A DNA stretch of 64,000 nt from the IMG/VR virus record IMGVR_UViG_2061766007_004032; one strand, given 5' to 3'. This DNA comes from a virus (Duplodnaviria > Caudoviricetes). The stretch's first letter is position 1. Every line of letters starts with the position of its first letter. Positions 32,859 through 42,547 of this stretch are shown here, one piece after another. The notes under the pieces were generated by a model. That model made no database searches. It had not been told where the DNA came from and saw only the letters and a list, made by a program, of their open reading frames with translations. A program made the translations under genes and the position numbers.

Positions 32859-34172
32859 TCACAAATCGTCGATTTCCATCATGTTCATGTTTCTCGGGTC
32901 GAAATTCGGGAAACCGGTCGCGACGAGAAAGTTCCTCAGCGTGTTGATGATGAGCTTTTCCCACATAACGTCGTAGTCGATTTGAAAAATTTCCCCGAAC
33001 TCCTTCGGGTACTGGTCCGGCTTGTACGCGAGAACGTTTATCGCGAACTTGTTCGACGGCTTGACGTACAGGAACCTCACCTTGTCCCCGACCAGAATGT
33101 GGTCGTACAGTTTCCCGAGCCCCATCTTGTCGATAATCTGGTTGTAGAACGTGCAAGCCTTGGCGATGCCCGTTGTTCCCTTCATCATTTCCAGAAATCC
33201 GGTGGACTCCCTCTCGGTGCCGTACCCCTTCCAGAAAGCTATCTCGTCCACACCGAGCCTTATGAACTTTTCGTACGCGGCGGACAGGTATTTCCTGAAA
33301 TCGTCGGATTTCCACCTCTTCGTCAGAACGCCGCCGTAAATGTCGCCGAGAATCTCCTTAACCATCGGCGGAACGTTCCCCTTCTTGAGCTCGATTCCGG
33401 AATACTTGATTTTGTCCACCACCTCCGGACCCTCGGAAACGATTTTCCTGACCCCGTAGTGCTTCTTCGACTCGTAGATTCCCGTGTCGGCTATGTATTC
33501 CAGCGAATACCTCAGCACCCCCGGGTTTTCCGAGCGGTACTTTTCCTTGACAAGGTTCTGGACATAGGGGTTCAGGTCGTTCTCGACAAAATCCTCGACG
33601 TATTTCCACAGCTTCAGCTTCCACTCGTCGGACCAGTCGATTAGGTTTTCCGGGAGGTTGTTCTGACGCCTGAAAAAGTCGGTTATGCAACGGATGGAAA
33701 TGAACTGCGAGTTGTGGACGAGGATGTTGTCCGCGTAAAAGCAGTGCCCGTCGTCGTCGACCTCGATGTCGTAGACCCACTCCTCGGTTTTCCCGGTGTC
33801 ATCGATTTTCGAAATTTCCCCGACCAGCTCGGAATCCGACTTTCTGTCGTAGACGGAGACAAGGTCCCCGACGCGGAGCTCTTTGGCGGCCTTGTTTTCG
33901 AAAAAGTGGTCCGTGTTGTAAACCATGCAGACGTGGTCGGTCGTTACGGTTACGGAATCCTCGCCCCTTTCCGAGGAAACGGTCACCCTAATCATGTTTT
34001 TCACGGTCTTGTGCCTCGAGACGTAGATTATCCTCGAGAAACCGTTTCCGAGCGTCCTGGTTTCCACGTCGCCGCAGTAAATCAGCTCGTAGCCGTTCAT
34101 CTTTATGACTTTTCTCCCCTCGTCGAGTAGGGACTGGTAAAAATCTTCCAGCGAGACGTCTTTTTCTTCCAT
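32859..34172 (-). CDS. DNA polymerase B C-terminal half fused to split-intein C fragment
   Basis: 154-aa HINT fragment followed by SQFI...LEYI...SKKHYG...IKYSGIELKK polB palm/thumb motifs. Confidence 0.92.
   Translation of the reverse strand: MEEKDVSLEDFYQSLLDEGRKVIKMNGYELIYCGDVETRTLGNGFSRIIYVSRHKTVKNMIRVTVSSERGEDSVTVTTDHVCMVYNTDHFFENKAAKELRVGDLVSVYDRKSDSELVGEISKIDDTGKTEEWVYDIEVDDDGHCFYADNILVHNSQFISIRCITDFFRRQNNLPENLIDWSDEWKLKLWKYVEDFVENDLNPYVQNLVKEKYRSENPGVLRYSLEYIADTGIYESKKHYGVRKIVSEGPEVVDKIKYSGIELKKGNVPPMVKEILGDIYGGVLTKRWKSDDFRKYLSAAYEKFIRLGVDEIAFWKGYGTERESTGFLEMMKGTTGIAKACTFYNQIIDKMGLGKLYDHILVGDKVRFLYVKPSNKFAINVLAYKPDQYPKEFGEIFQIDYDVMWEKLIINTLRNFLVATGFPNFDPRNMNMMEIDDL
33711..34172 (-). 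other. split intein C fragment (154 aa)
   Basis: Block B VTVTTDH, block F WVYDIEV, block G ILVHN followed by Ser+1. Confidence 0.92.
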
Positions 34173-34181
34173 GATAATATT

Positions 34182-35468
34182 TTATGATTTCAGAAAATCA
34201 AGGCATTCGGAAATAACCCGCTTCGGGTCTTTATAAAAATCACCTTCCCACACTATCTTAACCTTATAACCGGCTTTCTCGATTGCCTCGATACGTTTTC
34301 GGTTTTTCTCCCATATAAGTTTCGCCGGTCTCGTCAGAATGATATCGTCCTCCCGGTACCTCTTAGGGTTGGCGTGATAAAAATCCCCGTAAAATTCTAT
34401 AACCTTATCAAAAAGGGTATAATCCAGGCTAACCAGCTTATGTTCCCCGCCGATTTCCAAATTCAACGAGAGTTCTCCGTTGTTCTTATCTCCGTATCTT
34501 GAATTTATCCTGGAAATTTCATACATTTCGTCCAATGTGTAAAAAAGCTCCACACTGACCCCGGAATAATTGTTGTTCTTTTTTGTAACGTAAGAAATCC
34601 ACTTCAACGCCCCTTCGTTTTCCCCGTACTTCTTTATGAAATTGTCGTATGTGATTCTTTTGTCTTTGCAGACTCGCCTGTACTCCTCTAAACCTTTCTC
34701 TTTCCCGTATTTTTCGACGAAATACTCAAGTTTGCAACCAGCATACGCCTGTCTTTCACAATAATCCTCCCACATTTTGGTTCCGACCTCGGTCCCGTGC
34801 CTCAAAATAAGATTTTCTTTTGTCACGGCTCGGCTTTGGTTGAATTTATTCCATTCTTCCTCGGTCATTCCCTTCTCACCCATCATATACTCTTTAGAAC
34901 AGGTGTATGCCTGCCTTTTCGTGTATTCTTCGTATTTTTTCCTTCCCTCCACTTCTCCGTGACGCTTTATGAAGGATTCTAGTGACGCGGTATCGAATTT
35001 TCTATGTTCAACCTCAAGCTCTTCGTCGGTTATGTCAAACAAAAGCTTGAAATATTTCGACGGCGACGTCCAAGCCGCCGGTGGGCGAAAAATCCCGCTC
35101 TTAACGTCCTTATACCACGATGATTTTAACGCTCTCTTTGAAATATTTTCAATCTCTGGGAGGTGTTTAAAAAAGCAGTCCCAGCACACCTTTCTGAAAA
35201 ACGTCTTTCCGGACAGTTCCCGCCCCCTGACAAGCCATCTGTTGTGTTCGTTTTCGACATATTGTCGATAAACGCCATTCTTCACAACAACAAGTTTCAA
35301 AATGCTCCTTGTAGCATCTGGTTTGTATCTCACATCAACAATATCGTTGACATCCACCATAAATTTTCCGCACTCCCTGCAATAGAAATCGTTGATTTTC
35401 AAACCGTTATCTTTCCAATAATCAACCAACGTCCAGCCGTTAATTTTCTCAATTTCTTTGAATGTCAT
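34182..35468 (-). CDS. free-standing Vsr/DUF559-like homing endonuclease
   Basis: N-terminal CxxC...CxxC, four FxxxxGxxxG repeats, C-terminal LDY..VIEFYGDFYHANP...GYKVKIVWE; AT-richer than flanks. Confidence 0.85.
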   Translation of the reverse strand: MTFKEIEKINGWTLVDYWKDNGLKINDFYCRECGKFMVDVNDIVDVRYKPDATRSILKLVVVKNGVYRQYVENEHNRWLVRGRELSGKTFFRKVCWDCFFKHLPEIENISKRALKSSWYKDVKSGIFRPPAAWTSPSKYFKLLFDITDEELEVEHRKFDTASLESFIKRHGEVEGRKKYEEYTKRQAYTCSKEYMMGEKGMTEEEWNKFNQSRAVTKENLILRHGTEVGTKMWEDYCERQAYAGCKLEYFVEKYGKEKGLEEYRRVCKDKRITYDNFIKKYGENEGALKWISYVTKKNNNYSGVSVELFYTLDEMYEISRINSRYGDKNNGELSLNLEIGGEHKLVSLDYTLFDKVIEFYGDFYHANPKRYREDDIILTRPAKLIWEKNRKRIEAIEKAGYKVKIVWEGDFYKDPKRVISECLDFLKS

Positions 35469-35541
35469 GGATTTCCTTTAATGGTTATGATTCATATTAT
35501 ATTTACTTTTTAGTGGGGACACAGCTTTTTAAGAAAAGAAA

Positions 35542-37638
35542 TCAGCTTTTTGTGCATATTTTTAGCTAGGATGGGCATTTTCTCACACAAATACTTGTAT
35601 GGGGGGACGCCGTGTCCGTATCGCCTGAAATTAAATATAATAATTTTTTACTATCCCCCAAAACGTCTATCAAATTCGGCGGCGGCGGGAGCGCGAACTC
35701 GCTCCCGAATTTTTTGTTGAAAACTTCCGCGACGTGCAACGCCGCGTTTATGTTGCAGAATTTTCCCGTTCTCGTGATTGTCTGTGCCATGTACAGATTG
35801 TAAATCGGCGAAAAAGCCGTACCGATTATACCGTAAATCGAGTTAATCATGATTTTGAGAGCCTGCTGTCTCGAATCGAGGTACTGTATCAGCTCCTCGG
35901 TTTTCGGGATTTCGCTTTCCGGGACCTCTTTCCTGTGGAGCGACATTTTCAGCCTCCCCATTTCCTTCTTGGTCGCCTTTCTGAGGTTGAAAAAGTGGGT
36001 GCACCACTCCGCGACGACGCCCTTCCGGACGCTGTGCTTGAGGAAGAGCGTGTTGTTTCTCGTGAAGATGCACTTTTCTCTCAAAAGCCCGTCGAGCTTC
36101 TCCCTCGAGACGGTTTTCTGCTCGCCGCTGGCTGAAAGAAGGTAAAACCTTTCTATGCCGGTTTCCGTCTCGAGGTCTATGGGGGGCTCGGTTTTGAACG
36201 CCTCCATGTTTTCCCCTATCGGGTTCCTGGAGATTTTACCGACGTACGTTTCCGGAGAAATGTTCGCGGCGCGGATTGACGACGGGTAGAGGGAGTTGTA
36301 GTCGACCACCGCTATCCCGTCGCGGTATACTGAGGGAACCGGCTCGAAAACGAACGCGCCCTCGAATTTCTCGTTGCTGTCCTTCCTCGACTTGTAGGAG
36401 GTGAAGACGGCTTTCCCCATGTTGGTCCTCGCGAAGGTGACCAGCGAGCCGACCAGGTAGCCGATTGAGGAGTATATGGAGTTGTAGTCGCTCAGACCGC
36501 TCGAGGTTATGGTCCGGGAAAGCTGTATCAGGCGGCATTTCTCCTCGATTCTGCGGAGGAGGTCCACGTCTCGGACGTTGTACTCGTAAAACTTCTGGAA
36601 ATCGTTCTCGTAGAGCGTCTTGAGGTTTCCCTCGTACGCGACTTTCCTTCCGAGACCCTCGGCTTCGCCGACGTTGGAGAGACCGTATCCGCCGTCGAGG
36701 GGGTTCTTGATTTTGAACTTGTCGCGGTAGAGGACGAGCGCGTCGGCGAGGAATATTCCGGATATTTCCGCGAGGATTTCCGCCTGTTTGTTGGCGCGTT
36801 GGTTCTCGGTGTTGTTCTCGCGCACGGAGACCCTCCCGACCGGGGACAGGCGTTTCGTGGTCTCAGAGAGACGCCCCGTTCCGACGTTGTCCGGGTTGCC
36901 GAGGACGCGCTCGACGCGGTTTACGATGTAGGGGATATCGTAGGACTGCGAGTTCCATCCGCAAATCACGTCCGGCGGGTTGTTTTCCATCCACCGCACG
37001 AAATTGAGGAGCATCGAACGCTCGTCGCCGCGGAATTTCCTGATTTCGAACAAATCCCCGGGCATTTCGGTCATCGGGCTCTCGGAGAACTCGCTACTGC
37101 ACTCGCCGGTGGTCCAGGTGTGGTACTTTTTCGTGACCGAGTCGTGGACCGTAATCATGTTTATGGGGTTTCTGGCGGTTTTCGGGGGCTCGAACTGCGC
37201 GGTCATCACTGTCTCGATATCGATGTACTGTATTCTGAGCGGCTGTGTGTTGAAATTTTTGTCGAGCGCGACGGAGTCGAACATTTTGTGGAGAAACTCG
37301 CTCTCGGGTCGGAGGCACTCGACTATGTTCAGCGAGCCGTTGCATGCGTCGACGTACGAGGAGCGGGCTTTGGCGTTCTTGAACGTCCTGGTGTCGACGT
37401 ACCGACCGTAAATGTCCCTTTCCGCGGTTTTCCTTCTGACCGCGTGCTTAATCCACGACCTGTGGGGGCAAATGAAGGTTGCCGGGTTCCCGGCTGGGTC
37501 GTAGCCGAGAAGGATTATCCTCCCGTTTCTGTCCGCGTCGGTCGTGTAGTGGCAGGAACGGTAGCCGTTCCCAATGTAATCCTTCCATTTCTCGAAGGGG
37601 ATATCGGTCAAATCGACCGCTGTGTCGAAAATGCTCAT
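35542..37638 (-). CDS. gp43: DNA polymerase B N-terminal half (gp43-like) fused to split-intein N fragment
   Basis: ExoI YIDIET, ExoII GWNSQSYDIPY, ExoIII YNVRDV, motif A DYNSLYPS, motif B KIMINSIYG and GDTD; TAG at 35566, TGA at 35542. Confidence 0.95.
35545..35613 (-). other. split intein N fragment (15 aa to TAG, 23 aa with read-through)
   Basis: TASPHTSICVRK directly after GDTD resembles intein block A. Confidence 0.8.
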
Positions 37639-37661
37639 GGCTTTGGCATATTATACAAAAA

Positions 37662-37687
37662 AAACCGGGCTGAAAACAGCCCGGTTT
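37662..37687 (-). terminator. intrinsic terminator
   Basis: AAACCGGGCTG-AAAA-CAGCCCGGTTT with T run on the minus strand. Confidence 0.8.
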
Positions 37688-37715
37688 AATTCTTTCTTTT
37701 TTTTTGGGGGGGGGA

Positions 37716-39083
37716 TTAGCCTTCCCAATCGCCGTAGTTGCCGAAGGTTCCGCGCTTGGCGACCCTCACGGTGTGGTCGCCCGCCCTGTAGTTTCCGTAA
37801 ACCTTCTCGGTGTCGTAGACGTAATACTCAATCCAGAAACTGGCGACAATCCAGCGGTATTGGGTGTCGAAAAACGCCTTTCCCGCAATCTCGCCGAACG
37901 GGGTCGAATCTTTCGGGCGTTGGCCGCGGCGATACATCTCGGTTTTCCAGACACCCCACCAGTAAACCGGAAGGGCGTAGCCCTTAATCTGGGACAAACC
38001 CTTCTTGAGGGGCTTGTTGGAGGCGGTTACGCCGCCTTTCCCGCTGAGTTTGGTGTTTTTGGGCGGTCTCGACTCCAGCAACGCGCCGTACGGCATTTCC
38101 ACGAGTTTGTCCGACGAAAGCTCCAGCTTCTCGACGTTCGGATTCCCGTCCTTGTCCAGAATCGGATTCCCGTCCTTGTCGACTTCGGTGACCTCGATTC
38201 CGATGTTCTTTGAGAGCTCGGAAATCCGCTTCACGCGGTCCTCGACGAACTTTTTCCCGGCTTCCATCGAGCCGACGTTCTCCTCCGTGTAAATGGTCAT
38301 GAACTTGAACAGCTTGTCGACCTCGGTCCTCGGTTTGCGGACGATGCGGAAATACTTCGTTTCGCTTCCGAACTTCAGAGTCACAAACTTTTCGAGCTTT
38401 CCGGAAAACTCCTTGCTCGGGGTCCACTTGGAATCGTCCCAAAAGCCGCCGTTCTCTTTCATGTCCGCCTTTTCGCCGACGAAAACGAAGGTCTTCGTCT
38501 TGTTTTCCTTTTCCGCCTCCCGGGCGTTGCCCTCCATCTGGGACATAATTGCGTCGTAAAGGTCTTCGAGCTCGTCTTTGGTTACGGTGTTGTTCTCTTT
38601 GGGGGTGTTGTCTGTGTTGATTACCTCCCCCGTGGCGGGGGTGTCTTCTGCGGAACCCGTGTCGGAAGTTTCGTCGTCGTCACCGTAGTCTTCTTCATTC
38701 TCGTCGCCGCCTTTAACCAGACCCTGGCGGAGTTTCGTGATTTTGTCCGGGGAGGTGTGGAAACCGTAGGTGTATTTCCCCTCGAAGAAACTCCCGTCCT
38801 CCTCCGGCGCGAACGCGATTTCGTTAATCTGCTTGCGGATGTCTTTGTAAATCTTCGGGAACTTGTTGAACAGCCCATAATACTCGTCCTCGGTCATCGC
38901 ATCCGACGGAATCTCGTCGAGACCGGCTCTCTTGCAAATCCTGATGATGTCGACGTATCTCGGCTTTCCCTCCTCGGCTTCGTCTCCGTCCTGAATCGTG
39001 TAACCGTCGTCGTCGACGGTCTAGCTTTCTTCCTCGGTAATGACCCGGGCCATCTTTTTGATGAAATCGTCGATAGTTTCCAT
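37716..39083 (-). CDS. acidic putative internal head protein (1 TAG read through)
   Basis: METIDDFIKKMARVITEEES*...; 455 aa ending TAA; GTAAATA upstream. Confidence 0.7.
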
Positions 39084-39172
39084 AAACTTCCTTGAGAATG
39101 ATTTTCTTTGCCTTTATTTACGAAAAAACCCCGGGCTTGGAAAAACACCGGGGTTGTATTCGGAAGAATGGG

Positions 39173-39391
39173 TCAGTATGTGACCCTGAACGGACCGAAC
39201 ATTTGCGGAATGGTGCAGTTGCAGGTTCCGCTTCCGCCGTTTTTCGGGTTGTTCGGACATTTTTGACACGGGTCCTCGAAAATTCTGTCCATTGATTCGA
39301 AAACGTCGGTCCCGCATTTGGAAAACGTGTACGGGTTTCCCATTTCTCTCTCGAAATTTTCCCCGGTGTTGGAAAAAGCTTTGGCAGTCAT
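39173..39391 (-). CDS. small Cys-rich hypothetical protein
   Basis: PCQKCPNNPKNGGSGTCNC motif. Confidence 0.7.
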   Translation of the reverse strand: MTAKAFSNTGENFEREMGNPYTFSKCGTDVFESMDRIFEDPCQKCPNNPKNGGSGTCNCTIPQMFGPFRVTY

Positions 39392-39534
39392 AATTTTTCT
39401 TCCTCAACGGTGTCGAAACACTCGTCATCCCCATCGTCGTCCAGACTGACCATCTTGCTGAGAACGTGCAGAACGAAACTGGCGGTAGACGCCAGCAAAA
39501 CAACGGACATAACGATAATTTCAACAAAACTCAT
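39388..39534 (-). CDS. 48-aa single-pass membrane protein
   Basis: MSFVEIIVMSVVLLASTASFVLHVL plus acidic tail; coupled to both neighbours. Confidence 0.55.
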   Translation of the reverse strand: MSFVEIIVMSVVLLASTASFVLHVLSKMVSLDDDGDDECFDTVEEEKL

Positions 39535-39807
39535 TTAGATTTCCACCGTACACATCAGGTTGGACAGTTTGAAAAGATAAACCGTCTCATTGGGATTTAC
39601 CTCGATTTCGTCCCCGGTGGAATTCGACATAACCTTATCGCCGACCTTGAAGAAAAACCCCTCCGGAAGGGTTTTCGGGAGGGAGACAATCTCGTAAATG
39701 TCCACGGATTCCCTCTTCACGAGGATACCCCCGGACTCTTCCTTGTGGTCCCCACCGGAGGTTTTTTTGCATACAGCAGAATCGTTTAGTGGGACTAACT
39801 TTCTCAT
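39535..39807 (-). CDS. groES: GroES/Cpn10-like co-chaperonin
   Basis: LVPLND...ESGGILV...FKVGDKV pattern. Confidence 0.75.
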   Translation of the reverse strand: MRKLVPLNDSAVCKKTSGGDHKEESGGILVKRESVDIYEIVSLPKTLPEGFFFKVGDKVMSNSTGDEIEVNPNETVYLFKLSNLMCTVEI

Positions 39808-39808
39808 T

Positions 39809-40381
39809 TTAATCAATTTCCACTTTGCAGACGACCATGTCGTACTTGTAAATGAAAACGTGCTCCGTTCCGACGGTGAAGGAATCCCCTCCCTTGGAAA
39901 TCATGACGTAATCCCCGACCTTGAAAGGGACCTCGATTCCCGGGTCGACGTTCATCGAGACGACCTTCCCGATGTTCAGCTGTTTCTTGTAGTTTGATAC
40001 GAGGATGCCGTCCACGTCCGTGACGAATTCTGGGTTGTCTTGTACAAAAACCCGGTTCCTGAGCGGGGAAAACTTCTTGTTTTCGGAATCGGTCCTGGCT
40101 ATGATGTTAGTATACTTCATGACCGCTACAGGGCTAGTCTTGTAACACTGCGCCAGCCTGTCCGCAACGACGTAGTCGCCCTCCTTCAGACCGTATTCCT
40201 CCGCGGCCTTGTTTCCCACCGCCGTGACCTTGTAAAATCCGAGCCTTTCGTTTCCGTAAGAACTGGTCGGGACAAGAATCCCGTCCACCTCGAAATCGTC
40301 GTGCCGGTCGAGAACCTCGAGAACGACGTATTCCGGTGCCGGGACACATTTTTTGTTGAAATTGATAGTGTCGTTTAGCAT
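39809..40381 (-). CDS. tandem two-domain GroES-like co-chaperonin
   Basis: Two units: P..EYVVLE..VDGILVP..KVTAVG..LKEGDYV and PLRNRVFV..VDGILV..GKVVSM..FKVGDYV. Confidence 0.8.
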   Translation of the reverse strand: MLNDTINFNKKCVPAPEYVVLEVLDRHDDFEVDGILVPTSSYGNERLGFYKVTAVGNKAAEEYGLKEGDYVVADRLAQCYKTSPVAVMKYTNIIARTDSENKKFSPLRNRVFVQDNPEFVTDVDGILVSNYKKQLNIGKVVSMNVDPGIEVPFKVGDYVMISKGGDSFTVGTEHVFIYKYDMVVCKVEID

Positions 40382-40560
40382 AATTTTTATCCTTTTATAT
40401 TATACAAGAAATTCCCGCGATAGATGCAACCCTTCGAAGAGAAAAAGGCTAAAATCAAAGCTTCTCTCTCATTAACCCACGAAAAGCGGAAATTTCAGGT
40501 CTGTCGCGTATTCAAAGTTAAAATACAGAATAACCGCCTCTTGAAAAAACAGAAAACGGT

Positions 40561-41583
40561 TTAAATCACGTCCGCCACGGAATATATCCCGTAATTTTCG
40601 TGGAGAAACCCCCTTAGTTTCGATAACGCGCTCTCTTTCGCCGTGACTATCGTTTTCTGCGGGATGTTGAACATTGTCGAAAGTTTTTTCAGGCTGGCGT
40701 TGCTGTTGTAAAACGTTTCCTCGAGAATCCCCCTCTCCAGTGACGAAATCTCCGGGGACGAGTTTATGAAATCCCTGAGACGGTCGTAAATTTGGGTGCA
40801 CTCGTTCGAGGAAACCGTTTCCACCAGCTCCGGCTGGCGTTTGTAGTCCGGGGAAATCATGTCGTCGAGGTAGTTCTCGAAGGTGAGGGTTTTGTTCACG
40901 CCGTTTTTTACCTTCACCAGCTCGTGAATCGACGTGGAGTTGTTGTCGATTTTGATTCCCTTGTCGTAAAACTCCTGCATCACGTACTTGAAAATCCAGA
41001 ACTGCGCGAACGTGTTGAATTTCACGAAATTCGGGTTCCCGCTCTCGTCGTACTGTATGTCGTGTTTGATAACCGCACGGAGCTCGCCGGTTTTCTTCTT
41101 TCTGAGCGTCCCGTAAACCGTCAGCGGGTTCATTTCCGCGTCGCACACGATTTTCTTCTCTCCGGAGCCTATCAGCTCGGGGTATTTGTCGGGCGGGAGC
41201 TTCGTTTTCGTCACGACCAGTCGGAACGGGTGGAAAATGTTTGACGCCTTGGTCAGGCCGTACAGCCCCTTCGCGTACATGTTGTCGTAATCCCTCGTGT
41301 CCTGGCAATGCTTCGACGAAATGTTGGTTACCGCCTGGAGATTGTGCATCGTGAGGAGCTTTCTCATCTCAGATTCGTTCCCGACCCACTCGAAGTCGCA
41401 CTCGAAATCGTCGTTGAAGCTAATCTTTCCGTTTTCGTCGCGTTTCAGTCGGGCGTAGCTCTCAATCATGGAACGCTCCTCGTCCTTCGTGAAAATCTGG
41501 TACTTCTTATTCAGTTTTCGTTGCTTGCGGATAAAATCCGAGGCCGTCTTGTTGTTCTGAATGATTCCGTTTGAGTTTATCAT
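40561..41583 (-). CDS. sigma70-family RNA polymerase sigma factor with insertions
   Basis: Region 1.2 FTKDEERSM, 2.1 LLTMHNLQAV, 2.2 GLYGLTKA, 2.3 KFNTFAQFWI and region 4 HTH ending ALSKLR; GGAG SD before ATG 41583. Confidence 0.85.
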   Translation of the reverse strand: MINSNGIIQNNKTASDFIRKQRKLNKKYQIFTKDEERSMIESYARLKRDENGKISFNDDFECDFEWVGNESEMRKLLTMHNLQAVTNISSKHCQDTRDYDNMYAKGLYGLTKASNIFHPFRLVVTKTKLPPDKYPELIGSGEKKIVCDAEMNPLTVYGTLRKKKTGELRAVIKHDIQYDESGNPNFVKFNTFAQFWIFKYVMQEFYDKGIKIDNNSTSIHELVKVKNGVNKTLTFENYLDDMISPDYKRQPELVETVSSNECTQIYDRLRDFINSSPEISSLERGILEETFYNSNASLKKLSTMFNIPQKTIVTAKESALSKLRGFLHENYGIYSVADVI

Positions 41584-41610
41584 GGTACTTTTTTCTCCAA
41601 AAACACCCAT

Positions 41611-41639
41611 AATGTAACACAGCTACGGGTTAATGTCAA
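41611..41639 (-). promoter_or_regulatory. host sigma70-type promoter
   Basis: TTGACA-17 nt-TACATT upstream of the sigma gene. Confidence 0.75.
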
Positions 41640-41667
41640 TTTTTTTGACCGAAAAAATGCAAAAAAA

Positions 41668-41694
41668 AAACCGCCTCCGTCGAAGGAAGCGGTT
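41668..41694 (-). terminator. intrinsic terminator
   Basis: AACCGC..TCC/GGA..GCGGTT stem with T run on the minus strand. Confidence 0.6.
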
Positions 41695-41715
41695 CTGTGG
41701 GAGAAAAACGCGGTT

Positions 41716-42537
41716 TCACCCGCAAAGCACCTTCCTGATGTCCTCGAATATCTCGTCCACGTTGAAATCCGCGTGGAAATCATAGTTTCTCTCCTTGAAC
41801 AGCTTGTCCTGGGCGGCGATTTCCGCCGGTTGGAACTTGTAGTCGTCGGATGGGTCGAGATGCCTGAAAACTTTCAGCTCTTCGGGCACCGACGGGTAGA
41901 AATTCATGTAGTAAACGTCCCCAGGCTTCTTGGTGTTCCTCCTTCTGGAGAGAAATTCGATGATGTGATACATCGGGAACGGGAACTCCTCGAGGAATTC
42001 CATATCCTCCTTCGCGGCGAGGGTCGTGTCGAAGCACATCCAGAAGGTGTTCGCGTTCGAGCACCACGCCAGCGTGGTATCTAACACTTTTTTGCAATCC
42101 TCCTCGTCCACCGCCATAAAAACCCTCGGGTTGTACTTCTAGAAAACGTAGTTGCACATGTCGCAGGACGTGTTCAGCCACGATTTCTGCCCCAGCTTGG
42201 ACATCATCTCCTCGATTTTACCGACGAACCGCTCCGCGTCGCCAAAAATCTGGACAGTGTCGTCGATTACGTGAAGAAAACCTTTGAACGCCTCGCCCGA
42301 ATTCTCGGAGGTTACCTTGTTGTAGACCTTCGGGAGGTTGTTCCACATCTTGTCGTCGAAAAATTCGACCGCGACGCCGAGTTTCCGCACGTTTTCCAGC
42401 TTTTCGGCATAATCCTTGTCGTTCTCGAACGAGCCTCTGGCGTAAACGGTTTTTTCCCAGTCGGGTGGAAGGCGTTTGAGGATGTTTTCGGCGATGTCCA
42501 TGCTCCCGTGGGTGTGAATCACTGCTATTTTTCTCAT
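41716..42537 (-). CDS. putative GT-A-like glycosyltransferase (1 TAG read through)
   Basis: TAG 42139 joins two ORFs; FLHVIDD motif; next to a GT-B gene. Confidence 0.55.
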
Positions 42538-42547
42538 TTTTACCCTC

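Noticed and set aside
32842-33315. N-terminal extensions of track ORFs 32251..33315 and 11980..12993
   Set aside because: They overlap upstream genes in another frame; better starts are at 32841 and 12891.
34173-35566. Group I intron interrupting polB
   Set aside because: The non-coding gaps are only about 10 and 75 nt, too short for a ribozyme core, and both halves carry intein motifs with their own start and stop.
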